64,000 bases of DNA from Amoeboaphelidium protococcarum X5 (GCA_023515725.1 JALDTO010000275.1:1-64000), one strand, 5' to 3'; shown: positions 1-13,728, counted from the stretch's first letter. Numbers and translations are program-made. Notes: generated from the sequence alone by a model not told the origin.

Positions 1-150
1 GATGTAGTGAACTTTGCTAACAATGCATTCCCCCTATTGCCTAATTAAGAAGTTCGAGTGAAGTTGTTACCTATCATTGACTCTAATGTTCAAGTAAATC
101 CTAATGATATCAAGATTTGGACGCTGTATGATCTATACAATGAAATGTGA
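1..150 (+). CDS. 3' end of a gene entering from the left; possibly the C-terminus of a GH2 beta-mannosidase-like protein
   Basis: Frame 1 reads DVVNFANNAFPLLPNQEVRVKLL...IKIWTLYDLYNEM-TGA with TAA=Gln. The 'F.NNAF.LLP' and 'TLYD' segments resemble beta-mannosidase C-termini. Only 49 codons are visible. Confidence 0.4.
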
Positions 151-296
151 TTGTTTAGTGTCACGCGCGTCACGCTCTGATTTGCCAATTGGAATTTTAC
201 CTTTTGAATTTAAAGCGATTAAATCTTCTCACATTATCATCATCCTTTTTACATCAGCTTATTTATTTTAGCTAAATCAATCTTTTGACGCGAATT

Positions 297-1658
297 ATGA
301 GACAATATAAAAAGTAATAATACATTGGATTGGGAGTCGCTTTGGGTGTCCTTATAGCGCTGGTGCTATATTCAAGGTCCCTGTACTATCACCCGGGCCA
401 TTATGATCACCACCACCACCATCCTCATGTTGAGAGTAATCGCGCTAAATCTTAAGCAGTAGATTCTGCGCCTATTAATACTAACGGCCGTGATAAATAA
501 TAGCTTTTGACCAATGCTCTATCCGCGGTGCATCCTGACTTGACTGTAAACGAAGTTTAAGAATCTCTGGGCATTAATCTCCAGATGGGAAATGATTAAA
601 TTTGCGCTTCTGGTCTCAGCGAGTCCAAATATCCTAATACTGACTATTGCTATCCAACAGAGGTTCATGCAACTGATAAAGATCAATTGGTGTTATATGG
701 TCAGGTTATACCACCAGGACTCTATGTGAAGATGGATTTCCAGACTGGAATTAGATCAGTGCGACTACTCAATGACAGCGATAGATCACCAACAAAGCAT
801 GGTGATAATGCAGCAATGACTGAGGACTTGATTGTATCGCCTGATTAAACTAATACCGACAACGATCGCCAGGATTTATCTCATCTACCAAAAGCTTAAT
901 AGCTCTACATCAGCCTTTAGCAATCATAGTAAAGCAATAGTAATGCTGATGAACAACTTGATATTCTAGATAAACTGGAAGAAGCTGTGCATGATTATAA
1001 AGTTGGCGTTGAATTTGCCAAAGTTCCGAATGCCATCCAGAGCCTTCTCAAAATGGCATCCAGTATCAAGTCAAAGGGTGTTTAGGAGTAAGGTGACGGC
1101 GAATCTTCAACCAAGATCAGATAAAAGTTGTACCTGATTATGGGAGTGATGTGTGAGAATAATCAAAAAGTACAAGACTTGATAACTGCACAGATACCTG
1201 ATTATCTTGATTAGTTACTCAAAGAGATTGGTGATAAATCAGTGCAAGATGAAGTGATATTTGCCATTTCTAACTATGTGCGTGGGAATACAGATTCTAT
1301 ACAGAATGTTGCCGTCTCTGCCGTAAGCTCTTAGATTGGCAGGTAGATTGACAATGGCGAATCCTCTTAACGATACAACAGACGCGTCGTGGAATTGATG
1401 CAAGATTTGCTCTTTAGTCAGATGGAGAAGTCACTTGTTGAAGATTCCTCAGATTCTAACGGCTTTGATGCTAATAATTAGGACGTAGTATCTTCATATT
1501 GGTGCGACATTATCAAAAAAGTTTACTCTATATCTGGTGAGGATTCTGCAGTGGTTAAGGATGCTGCAAAGGCCACCGCTAATACTCTAAACGACTACTT
1601 TGCCTCGCGTCGGTCATCCTCCTCAATAAGCGATATAAAGACTTGTGACTTGCATTGA
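297..1658 (+). CDS. SIL1: SIL1-like BiP nucleotide exchange factor (ER)
   Basis: Table-6 ORF of about 453 aa with an N-terminal hydrophobic segment, CYP...GQVIPPGLYVKMDFQTG (SIL1 motif GQ.iP.GLHVR.nlqTG) and LDKLEEAVHDYKVGVEF. Ends in TGA. Confidence 0.8.
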
Positions 1659-1943
1659 TCTTAATATCTAACTATAGTATATAATTATCATTTTGAATTT
1701 AGATGAAGTGATTATCTTATTTTTCTACTTATAACCTTTATAACAGAGGAACTTTCGCTGTTACTTCTCTCCGCTCTTCTCTTTCTCTGAATTGCACAAC
1801 GGTTGATTGGGCAGATTATATTACTTTACCGCATTACAGTTTTATATCTATCTGTTAACTTTATTAATATAAAAAGAGAATATCTTTTCTTTATAGAAAA
1901 GTAATAAAGCTAGTCTGTGGCGATACTGAATAGAAAAGTTGAA

Positions 1944-3650
1944 ATGACTAAAACTTAGGTGGAGTAACATTTGTAGAGCCATTACCCGGTGAATATGCCC
2001 AGCACTGATCCTAGGTACTACACTTTGTACGCAGAGCTACCCGGCATATGTAAGACTGTATTCGATCTGGACTTGCTGGACATTATGCATCCAAATGGTC
2101 ATCTCTGCGCCGTGTTGTTGAATTGCTAGGTGAACTTGTCCTATGAGATGCCTCAGATTGATCAACTGGCATAACAGCAATAGCCGCAGTCTAACTAGGG
2201 TGGTCAATTTGTTGATTATAAATAAAGCTAGTACAATGCACAATACTAGTCTAGAATGCATATGAAGTAGATGGTCAATATGAAGGAGCGATTGAATCTG
2301 ATGGAGTACTTCTTGTATCAGTTGTTAATGTATCCCCAGTTGAAGGCCGCTAGTGGACAGAAGTTGAGTGGTCAATACGCGCCAACTATGCAAGAGTATC
2401 TGATCAAACTGTCGCCAGAATCTTCAATGTATGGTTCATTTCTTCATATCATGCTATGGTTGGTCTATGTTAGTGCTCTGTCCGATGGTGGACGTCGTTT
2501 TCAGTAATCTCATTCTCTAATTGCCACAGAGATGTTGCGCATATTGACGCATGGGGAGAAGCATCTATTCAGTATTGATTTTGGACAGAGCGATATAGTG
2601 CAGATGTATTTCGTTAGATACTTGAAGGATTTGGTGCATTATAGTCTGTCGCATGATCTGGATAGTGGTCTGCAGGAACTATGTATTGATTTATATGTAC
2701 GCTACTTGATGAGATTAAACTCTAAAGGTATTGGTGGAATTGATATGGCACGGGACGGAGACTTTTATACTACTCTGTATATGCTTTATCTTTAGAAGGT
2801 GCATTCTATTATTCCAACTTAGTTACTACTAACTCGTATTAGTACTGGATTGGATCCCACTATACCACATTCTCAATTCTCAGAGATGGAACTGTTTTTG
2901 GATGTATTGAGTCTATTCGATACGGCATTGATTGAAAAAATCAAGTCTTTATAAGCCAGTACCAAGAAGCAGTTTAATTATGACCATTTGGTTGAGAGTA
3001 TATAGAGAATTTGCAAAAAGTTGTGCATTGTAGAATAGTGTTAGGAATTGTATCTCACTCGTAATTCTTCCATGGCTAGTGGAGAATCTTAATCCTAGAA
3101 ATAGAGTGTTAGCGTGACTGCGCAATAGTCTATCAGATCAGTGTAAAGTGAATTGAAGATTGTGCAGTAGGTATTGATCAAGATTGCGGAGTTGTATTGC
3201 CAGCAGCAGTAGATTGACCTGAATACGCTGAGACAGTATGCCAGCTAGCAGTTGAGTCTTGCAATGAGACATTCAGCTGATAGTGGAGAGCCGGAGTAGG
3301 ATTTTAGGTAGCGATTGACCAGTAGAGGCAGGCGAGAGATTCTATCTGGTATGAAGAAGTGTAGTATCCGCAGTGTAGAGCCGGTGTTTGATCCTCGTAA
3401 TCCTGATACTCTCAAGATCAATGAAGTGAGATTTCTAGTGTTGATTGCACTGTGGATTGGTACGAGATTGACTTATTATCATAATTTGTACGTTGTATAG
3501 AGTTCTCTGGGTCAGTAGGTGTTACCACAATCCTTAAAGCAATTGAGATTTGAAGGCTTTGTGCGCACCTGCTTTCAAGTTAACAATCTAATATTTATAC
3601 TGCTCTCTTGTTTCATATTAAGATTCATATTGAGAATCATATTATGGTGA
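1944..3650 (+). CDS. Sphingomyelin phosphodiesterase 4 (nSMase3)-like protein with C-terminal membrane anchor
   Basis: Joins track ORFs 2271, 2532 and 3315 in one frame. LNLMEYFLY resembles SMPD4 LNPFEYY; LTSRGRREILSGMKKC...NEVRFLV resembles LTPLGRYQIINGLRRF...YEIASLV. Hydrophobic C-terminus. Confidence 0.65.
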
Positions 3651-3786
3651 TAACATTGAATAAAGTAATAAGGATAATCAAGACGTGAATGTATGCAAAA
3701 TGTTCATTTTACTATTTCATTGTATTCATTACAAGCAAACTACTACCACGAAAAGTCTACATAATAGATCAAGATTCACCGCGATA

Positions 3787-4032
3787 TCAATACTGCATGG
3801 AACTCATACTGGGCACCAATCCAGCACCACTAAACAAAGAAGATGTTCCAGTAGAGCTTTGATACAACCAGTAGCTAGTCATTGCACCAATTGTGCTAAT
3901 AAACATCAACACTAATGGTATCTGGCACGTACACAGAGGCCAGCAGATGGCTGATAGAGGACACAATGGAATAATAACCATCAAGAGACTCAGCGCAACC
4001 AAAGTGCCCACAATTGTGAATATATCCATCAT
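3787..4032 (-). CDS. Small hypothetical two-TM, Cys-containing membrane protein (81 aa)
   Basis: ATG to TGA ORF with two hydrophobic stretches flanking CPLSAICWPLCTC. No family recognised. Confidence 0.45.
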   Translation of the reverse strand: MMDIFTIVGTLVALSLLMVIIPLCPLSAICWPLCTCQIPLVLMFISTIGAMTSYWLYQSSTGTSSLFSGAGLVPSMSSMQY

Positions 4033-4296
4033 TTTCAGGTGACAACTCTTTTAATACTAATAATAATCAATAACAATTAAAATAGCAGATACAGTTGCAG
4101 ATAAACAGAGATAACGAAGGGTGTAATTAGTCAAATCCAGTCATTGATAAACTCAAGTGATGCATCAGCGCAAAATCATAGCGACTCATCATCAATTGAC
4201 AGCCAGAATAACAACGATCAGTATAACAATCAAACTGGTTCAGCAAAATAGCTATACTAGATCTCAATATCATCATTAGAATCAACACATTCTATT

Positions 4297-7200
4297 TCAC
4301 TACTTTAAAAAGTCAAATTTTGACAATGATAATTAGATTTAGCGGAGCTGAGATGATGCAATAGATTCGTCAAAGTTATCACGAAGCCAATCTCGAACTT
4401 TGCACAGATATTCCATATTACCAAGAACCGCCGCATCTGATATTGTATTGTCCACACTGCTCAACACTTGAGTGTAATCTTACTCCAAATGCGCGGTCCA
4501 GGCAGCCAACGTAAGATCAATATCAAAATCTAATGGTTCACTTTGACTTTGTTACAATCCCATCACAGAACCGAGACTTTATAATGGGAACGCCCGATCA
4601 TCCTGCGTAAAATTAATCATGTGCGACACTTTATCATCGTTGACAGTTTGATCTTTCTTCAACTCATTCGATAGAACAGAACTTTATAACAGCAGCTAAC
4701 GTTTCTACTGCTTGACACCATCTGTTGGCGATGATACGTCAATATTACGTCTTTTGACACCTTTCGTAGGAGACACGTATTCCAACACTTCATTCCGAAT
4801 GTCTGATGGTAATTCCTTCATGACATCCCAATCCAGCTGAGATTCTGTATACATCTAAGGCTACTATGGAGCATTAACTTTGTTTACAGAACTTTACTGC
4901 GCAACTTTCTTATCCAAGTACTATGATTAATGCAGCATGTCTTAGTCAGTAGACTCAACAATGTCGCGTTGAAGCTCAGGTATAGATTTTCGGAGAGAAG
5001 AGTCTTGAGTAGCGGCTTTATATATCTGACTAAACTAGATGCCAATACCGCGAAGATCACGCAGAAATATACGAGACTAAGCAGCAGATTCGGACTCTTA
5101 GACAGAACCGACAGAAGCTGCCTATTCTACCATCCATACTTCATTACGACCAATAGATTACCACCACAATTATCGCATTTGCCCCATCAAACAATCTTGC
5201 TAATTTTACTACTTTAGTTATTGCAATTATAATGAGGAACCCCGCTCATCGTCATTAAGAGAATGAAGAATATCAAAGCATTGCATCAAACTGAAATTAT
5301 CCGGCACTTTTAAAGACTTTGAAAATGGGACATGCATTCCGCAGCCAAGAGACTTATGTGAAGGCTCCAATTCAGCACCAGGATGTCTCATTCGAAGCTT
5401 TAGCGTAATCTACTTAAACCTCAAGTCCTGCGGCAGACTGTGGGCAAGATAATCCATCACTTACTAGCGACTAAATGTATCAATCTTATCCTGCTGAGTC
5501 TTGCATAATCGCTAACACACTTCTGCATATAGAGAAAGCATAAAAGTATCCAATTGCTGGTAACTCTCAAATCTAATTCCCCAATTGATTTCTGCAGATA
5601 CAGTTTTGGCCACAGAGAGACAATCTTCAGCCACTTGATGACTACTCAACACTCCTACCAGATCACCTTTAGTATTACTGTTCAAATTGCTTGAGGTACT
5701 TTACACCGCACGGCTATTCTTCTATTATTACTAAAAGAAGGAATATAATCCACGTTCCTGAACACTTTCATATCCATGCAACATTGCAAATAACTTTAAT
5801 CCAGTCTTTTCGCCGATAATCTTTTTCAAACAATCAAGACACTTGGTATTAAAACTATTCTATGACTATTTAAGTAAATGAGGATTAGAAGCTGAAGCTG
5901 ATGACGATGTATGCCTAGTAAGAGCCATTCTTAAATCCCGAACGTGAATTGACTATTCATCATTCTTCTACATGTATTGATTGAGAGGAGATTTCTTCAG
6001 CTTATCAACTATTGAGTAACCAATCTGTTGCAAATCTTCAATCTTGAAATCATCCATGAATTACTAAATACGACTATGATCATTATCATCAGTCATCGTA
6101 GTGATAAAGATACCATGAGGTTTAGATTTACGCGTAGCCTGACGTGCCAACAACATTGACGGCCCAACGCCTATAGAAGCATCTACTCCAACAGACTCCA
6201 CAACATTCTTCTGCAACTTTAACGCTACTTATAACACAGTATCTTTGCCTACAATGTCTCTATCATAATATTCACTAGCTATCCTCCTAAATTAATTATT
6301 TCCAGGTTGCGATAACTATTTATTATTCACCACTGAGGACTATTACTACTAAACCATAGAAGTACAGTCAAGGTAAGCCTCATCACAGGACACACCTTAA
6401 AGCGCGTCAAACTACAAACCATTAAACTCGAAGGAGGATAGACATTCATAGAATCTCAACATGGCAGACTCATAAGCATCAAAATCATAAGGTAACATTA
6501 CCAGGTGTGGACATAACTATTTACACTTTCTTAAATACATTCCGTTGTGAATGCCAAACTATCGAGCAGCATAATTACAAGATGCAATCTCAGAACCACC
6601 TTTCCCAATAGATGAACTTGTAGAAGGACCACTCTTTGATTACTCTTGTGATTGATTATGATGACAAATTACCACTGGCTTATCCTTCAACTCTGGATAC
6701 TTTAAGAGGGACACAGATGCAAAGAAACAGTCTAAATCAATATGAATGATACACCGTTCACTAGTACTAGTTGACTCTAATTATTTACTGATAGCACTAG
6801 AAGACTATTTGCCGTCCTAGTTCTAAATCCTAGAGAAAGAATACTCTAATATCTTCTATTTCCATGTAGATAAATAATGTAAACGAGATTGACTGTAGAA
6901 CTGGGACACAAATTCTGCATTCATACTAGAATTCTACCGTTTCCATTAATCTGAACTCTACTACTGCTATTGATTAGATTTCTATTATTATTACTTAACA
7001 CTAGACTGACTAGATGAATCTCCCATCTGTAAACTTTAATCACCAGCACTTTTAGAATCTACAAATTTATTATTATTACCACTGATCTATAGCATGGAAT
7101 GAACATTAGTCTACGCAGAAGGAGCAGAAGACCATTGAGGTATATCGCTCTCTTGTATGGGCAATACTTTACCAGACTCTATACATTTCAATAACCAAGA

Positions 7201-7581
7201 GGGCTTAATTACGGAGGGAGATGATGATTTAATCTACTTTGAATGAGAGGAGGAGGAGGAGGACACCTTGCTCTGTTTCGATTTAAATTTCTGCGGGAAC
7301 AGTTGACGGTACCGAGAGAAGGACAGAGACTGGGCAATGATGTGCGTCACTTGAGAAGTCTCATAATTACTAAACACCCCTCCATTGAGTATAATTAATT
7401 ATTTGATATCATCAGTACCGCGTCCATCAATAGAAATATTGCCCGTTGCATAGAACACGCATCCTCTGAAAGTGTCAGACTGCTTCGACTCTCGCAGTAT
7501 ATCACCATACTGACTCTACTGTTGTTCCATCAGTTTTTACTGCTTAATTTGCATGTACTCACCAAAACCATTATATGCCAT
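4297..7581 (-). CDS. REV1: REV1 translesion deoxycytidyl transferase (BRCT + Y-family polymerase)
   Basis: Table-6 ORF of about 1094 aa: MAYNGFGEYMQIK, BRCT segment (VTHIIA), IIHIDLDCFFASV, EIASCNYAARQFG, SCDEAYLD. Confidence 0.93.
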
Positions 7582-8053
7582 ATTAAATCAGTAAAAAGAT
7601 TATTAGTAATTAAATTTTAAATCACCTTAATTTATAGATCAAATCGCTTTTAATGATACTGGTTCAGCAGTAAGAGAGGTTTAAGACTTCAAAAAGTATG
7701 AAAGCGCCGAGTGACACGCCCTTTTGACACATACCCTGCCCTGTTGAAATGAACTCCCAAATGTTATGGTGGATGTTTCGTAAATGTTTAAGTTATACTT
7801 TCAGTTTTTATATATGAAATAATCTCTAGGCATGTAAATATAGTTTGTTGGCACGAAACCTAACAGAGGCACTGTACATGTGTAATATATATACAGTACT
7901 GTACCTGGATCGCGTATGCTGTAACATCTACCCATGTCAATAAGCGCGTTACAAAAAAACGTCAACTTGGCGCCTTAATCTGATAGCAAAAAAGTAATTT
8001 AAAAGTGATTAGTTAATTCTCATATTTATTTATTTCAGTTATAAAACCTCAAT

Positions 8054-9326
8054 TCACTTCTCTATTCCACTGAAAAACAAGCAGAATTTCTCCATCGGCT
8101 CCGGTACTCCGAGTAGAGGATGGGGAGCAGAATCACTACCCAGTCTTATTATACGCACAGCTTCCTTAAGAGACTTGCCATTCTCCAGTGTCTCAGCTCT
8201 CAATTGTTACATCTGTTGTGGAGAAGAAAAAGGACAATTCAAAACGGATGCAATGAGCTCCGGCATAAGTGCTTTATAAGCCGCAGGGACCAGTTCAAAA
8301 ATCCAATCACGTTTATGAGATAGCTGTAGGAGAACCTCCCTATTATGAGGACTCATATGGTTATCAATAAAGAAAAAAGGACTATCACTGTGGATGGACG
8401 GGAACATGAGCTTATTCTATCCAATAAATTTCCACATTGCAGTATTCCATCTGGTAAACAAGTGGGCCCAGACAGACCAGGTTAGTCTAGAATAGTATCT
8501 GTCCTTTGGAGATACCAAGTTTGCTTTTAATACCACATCCAGTGCAGTCACATTTTCCATGGGCACATGAATCCAATAGCTGAGGCGTAGATCAACGGAA
8601 CGACTTATCTAATATGGTATCTACTAAAATGTTAAACAATACGCTAGAGCCTATTGCCGGTGACCTGTTACAAAAACAGCGCCATTTCCTTTGCAAGGGA
8701 TGCCCGGCAAGAGTCAGAATTCTCATAAGGCAGTAGAGATTTCTTGACACGGGCCATTGTAATATAATTTTCTTCCTGTGACAATGATGCAGTTACAAAG
8801 CAAGAAGTTAAATAATCTAAAGGTACTCGTTCCTCTCCAAAGCTTCCCATAGGGAAAGCGTCCACATGTCCTAAAACTTTTTAGGAGTATAGACGCATAT
8901 GTATCGTACCATGCTCAGGTTCTCTTGATCAACGTACTTACCATTATTTTACCACAATTCCCAAGCTTTGTCATAATTGCCCTCTGACACGTACTTTTCA
9001 AGCATCTCTGTAAAATTATTGGATCTACCAGGCAAATTTTAGGAAGATACTAACTTTTACTATTACATACTCTGCGTGGTGCTGAATCTTCTTCTGGCCA
9101 GGACAATTTACGTGTCATCAACCTCGCCATAAACGCTTCTCTACAAATAATCATAGACGCCTTAGCCGGAAGAGGAATCCAATGAAGTCATTAATTAACC
9201 AACTCTAGATTACGCAGCTACTTTATAGCACTTAGCATCACCAAGTCCGCATGTCGACTCGCCAGAAGCTTTGCCATAACCAAACAAAGTTAACCATGAC
9301 AAATACAGCATCGAGGTGGCAATCAT
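8054..9326 (-). pseudogene. Putative secreted protein gene interrupted by about two frameshifts (pseudogene or assembly error)
   Basis: Starts MIATSMLYLSWLTLFGYGKA (signal-peptide-like). Protein-like reading passes through three frames (about 9326-8800, 8800-8630 and 8630-8054), with one shift at a short T run (cattttagtag on the minus strand). Ends FSGIEK-TGA. Confidence 0.5.
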
Positions 9327-10235
9327 TTCGTAGGTTTGAAATGATTTGATATGAGGATAAGTTGTTGATGATGAAGTGACTGAAGGGGCGGCTACATGTC
9401 GTTTTTTCAAGTCGCAAATTGCTCTGTAAGCGTCGTGATCACTTCAACGCAGCGAAGCCCCTCAGCCACCCCTACTGCAAGGGACCTGTATTCAGCACGT
9501 AAATAGCTAAAAGGAATCACAATTTAGTGTAATAGTCAATTTTATCTGAAACTTTTAAGCTGTTTAGAAGAATTCATTAGATGCGGAAGTGTTAATAATA
9601 TCGTTGCTAATTATTGTACTGCGGAGCAATTGAATCTTGCTGATCAAGAAGGTCATGCGTTTTACCATGCTTCTTTGAAACTTTTACAAAATTGAGATTT
9701 ATCGAGCATATCATCATTAACTAGCACCATATTTCATGAAAAATTTCGAGCTGATAAGTATAAGTCTATTCAGCGTTGGGTGGGCAGCGAATTAGAGTAG
9801 CTAAACCAAAAGAGACGCGCTGATTCAAGTTAACACTGCGATTTAAGTGTATCATTCCCGCAGGAAAGAACTTTATATTTGACCGTCTTTATGATAGATT
9901 TTTATGCCTAGCAAAGAAATATGGACTAGGCTCTTCATACCGACACTGTATTAAGTGAGTTTTTTATACTAGATTAGCTCAACAGATTTCTGATAGTTCC
10001 TTGCATTTGATCTTAAAAAGCTGTCCGCTACATCAATAGACTGCTTCAGGAGAATAATGCAAAAGTATTCACATAATAATAATACTAAAAGCAGCTTCAC
10101 ACAAAGAGCAAGGAGCGTCATTAGGTGATTTATGTGCCGTATCCTCGTCGCCCCGTAAAGCAGCGTTCAATTGTAGTTCTAGATGATAAATGTAATCCCT
10201 TTAAGATGATAGACTTCGAAAAGATCAACCTTAAT

Positions 10236-11669
10236 TCAATTCACTTTACTTTACAATTTACGTTCCAATAAGCTTTTAATTTTGTTGGCAATAAGATAAT
10301 CATTTCCGCAAACTTCGCACAGAGCTCTCCAGCAAAACCTCTTCAGTTTTTTGTCATAGTAAGAAGGTCTCCAATCAAGACTAATCTTCTCTATGGCAGA
10401 TGAAGCCAATTCTTCTTAAGTAAGTATCTCAAATAACTTAACCAATGCAGAATCTTCAGCGCACTGAGCCACCATCAACAGCATCTGGTTATGTCTAGAA
10501 TAATTATGGAGGATCGCAACTGACTATTTTAAATATTCAGTAAACTCCCCATTGGTGCAATCAGCTTTCTAAAGTAACCATAAATCAATGACATCGTTAA
10601 ATTTCGAGATGTTAAAGGGATCCCTCATCTTATTAAGATCGACTTTATACTTTTGAAACATCGCTGTCAAATCTTCAGGAACTACGGAATTTTACATTGC
10701 ATTAAAGAATACAGAAGACAGCGTTTCTCTCTACAAATACTTGTTGATCAACTATTGTTCCTTATCCTTCTTGTCCGATGAATTTGGCGCTTCAGAAGGA
10801 ATACTATTGGGCAAGAGATGATAGTGAAATGTTTTGCCTAATATCTAGAACTTCTTCGTCTTGTACTCACTAAATGCACGCAACCCATCGATAGAGTCAA
10901 TTTACAATCGAACTTTCAAAATTCTCTTTGCTCTACAAACATAGTGATCTCTAGATTTTTTGTATTTCTCATCAGATTCTAGTTCTAAAGAGCATTGACA
11001 TCTAGTATCATACAAGAATGGAACTCTATTGACCAACACTAGTTACTTTTTCTCCAATTTAATAAGAGTCGATAATAACGCCTTCTCGTCAGAGTTTTAA
11101 GCAGCAAATCTAAGAAAATCATGTGCTGCATCCTTCAGCTCATTTTCTCCATAACCATACTCCTCTACTAACATGTGGCTCCAAAGATGATTACCGATTG
11201 TCAACATCGTTACAATATTATCTACAGATTTACCCATACAAGTTTGGTCCAGAATTCTCAGAAATCTCAGAGATACGGTGTTTGCAAGCTTTTATTACTG
11301 CACACTATCAAAAGGGATTTTATCAAAAGTCTCCTCCACCTCATACTGCAAAGCTTTCAAAGAGGGGACTGCCGCATAAAAGCGCTCACTTATCTTCTTC
11401 ACTGATTCCTTAAACCAGTTATATTTGTCAGGATTCTTAAAATCAAAATGCCCAGAGACACTTGCTATAGTGTACTTCTTTTTATCAGTTATTTCAGCAG
11501 TTGCAGACTTACGTTTAAAAGAGATACATATATCCAAAAAGCCAACACATTTATTTTGAAGTTTGTCTTAATCAAAAAGAGCAATAGCATTATTATTTTT
11601 TAAACTCTGGTGAACATCTTACACAGTGGTAAATTGAATCTCAGGACATGGAAACTAAGCTATAGACAT
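10236..11669 (-). CDS. Hypothetical 477-aa protein with possible Zn-dependent deaminase signature
   Basis: Uninterrupted table-6 ORF. N-terminal YTIASVSG; C-terminal QCAEDSAL followed 48 aa later by LCEVC. The ORF is well supported; the function is speculative. Confidence 0.7.
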
Positions 11670-12825
11670 TGCAACTCGAATTATACAGTAATAAATCAGA
11701 GAAGAATAAACAACCGCGATTGTAATTTTAACAAATTCGATGAGTAATGTTTCGAATGCAGTTTAGAGCCATTCTTTGCAATCTGCGAAGAGACGGTAGA
11801 TCTTTCGCACTGTAAATGGCGATCGCACTATTTTTGCAAAATGCGGCGAGAGCAGGCACGGCCGTAACTATATAGGCTACCAATATTGCCAAACCCTGAG
11901 ATTCTTGATATTTATCACGCTCCGAATTGAAGGCCTCTATGAAACTTGTGATTGCAGACGGTCTGTCTCAAAAAAAGATGAAATATGACTTTATGCTAAG
12001 GGCATAATGTGCAAAAAAGCAACGCGATACTTAGTATAGATATTGACAGTGTACTCAATCCGGATATCTATCGTTTTTAAAAAGGCGCATAATGAACTGC
12101 GACATGGACATGTAAGACTCAAAAGTATTGATGAGCCTGAAAAGACGGTACGAATTTCGACAACGAAGACTCTGGGACTTTTTTCATCGTTTCGTATCTT
12201 ACCATCTTAAATGGGGCCCCGGTAAAAGCTTTGCAATATTCTGTGATCACTATTTATAGAAGGACACTCCGCACGTTTCTGTAGTACGCCGATTGGCAAT
12301 TGGTTTAAAGTACAGTATATTTTAGTCCGTGCGTCCGTTGTTCTTTGGCACTATTGGAAGCCATGAGTTCCAATGATGCAATTCCGATCCTCGATATTGT
12401 TAGAATTCAATAGAAAGATGTATAGTGGATTAGATGTAAATGTATTTAAAGCTACCGAAAAGAAATGGATCACTGTTCAATCAAGACTTTATCGTGACGT
12501 GGAGGAGCATGCATGTGAAGCTAACCAATGAGAATCCTCATAGAGCAACACGTCAGTTCACGCTTTTCCAGCTCCAATCACGCATCAGCCACCAACAATA
12601 TTGTCGATTCCACCGGATATGTCTGTCTAGCAGAAGTAGTATATGCCTACGAAATAGTATAAGATGTTCTTATTATGTTTTAAAATTAATGAGATTTCTA
12701 TGCCAAAGCCCCTAGAGTTTACGTAATCACATCATATCTTTTTCTCAACCATTTCTCCCACTTCCTACTTTACTCAAACTTTGTTGACACAAACTATCTT
12801 TTAAAACTCTTTTTAACAGTTCTGT

Positions 12826-13506
12826 ATGTAGGATATTTTGAACGACACTGCTGATTAAAGCGGTGGAGATGCTGTGAAAGGACAAAAATGGAATAAATTG
12901 TACGAAGTTGAGGTGACACCCTGGAACTTGCGTAAACCATCTCCTCTGTTGATACTTGCGTTGGAGAAGGCAGACAGCAATGATCAAGTCGCGATTGACT
13001 TTACGCGTTCGGTTGTACCCGGCTGTGGAGAGGGATTTGATGTTTCTTTTCTCGCAGCTAAACCAGGTGCCATTCAGTCAGTTGGCTTAGATATATCTGA
13101 ACTGGCCGTGCAATAGGCACAAAAATTGAATGGGAATGTTAAAGGTGCCAGCTTCCAAGTTGCCAACTTCTTCGAGTACACGCCCGAAGCAAAGTTCACG
13201 TTGGCATTTGACTACACATTCTTCTGTGCCATTCATCCGTCTTTGCGCCAGAAATGGGCAGAGACATATGCTCGCATCATCGCTCCTGGTTCTCTACTAA
13301 TTACTGGTATATTCCCAATAACTTATGATCGTGAAACTCTGGAAGCAATGGTAGGACCGCCGTATCCTCTCAACTTTGACAGCTATACTTAGATGCTGAA
13401 ACCGGTCGGATTTGAGTGTGTACTCGGCCCTGTCGATGTTCCCAAAGATATAAGTACTCCTCACCGTGCCGGTCGTGAGTAGATTGCCATCTGGAAATTG
13501 AACTGA
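12826..13506 (+). CDS. TPMT / thiol (methyl halide) methyltransferase family SAM-dependent methyltransferase
   Basis: TPWNLRKPSP, SVVPGCGEGFDV, GLDISELA, FDYTFFCAIHPSLRQKWA, GPPYPL, GREQI. Confidence 0.92.
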
Positions 13507-13711
13507 TTGAAAGATGAAAACATTATTCAATATTATATTAATAGCTATAGCAATACTATACTAGTGTTTGGCTAGCACTTTATCCCGGTAAAAGTATCGA
13601 TAATTTATCTAGCAATATCGAGCTCATGTGACTGCCGACGCATGATCATCACTGAACACCTCACCTGCCTCACAACGCGCCATCGCCTGATTTTTGTTAT
13701 TTTCTCTCGCG

Positions 13712-13728
13712 CTCTCTCTCTCTCTCTC
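13712..13728. repeat. (CT)n microsatellite in the intergenic region upstream of synaptobrevin
   Basis: ctctctctctctctctc. Confidence 0.8.

Noticed and set aside
9396-10010. Plus-strand frame with one internal TGA (9693), suggesting read-through or selenocysteine
   Set aside because: No recognisable homology or redox motif, and open frames of about 100 codons arise easily when only TGA stops.
11740-12715. Short broken plus-strand reading frames
   Set aside because: Possibly a decayed gene, but no family or consistent frame could be supported.
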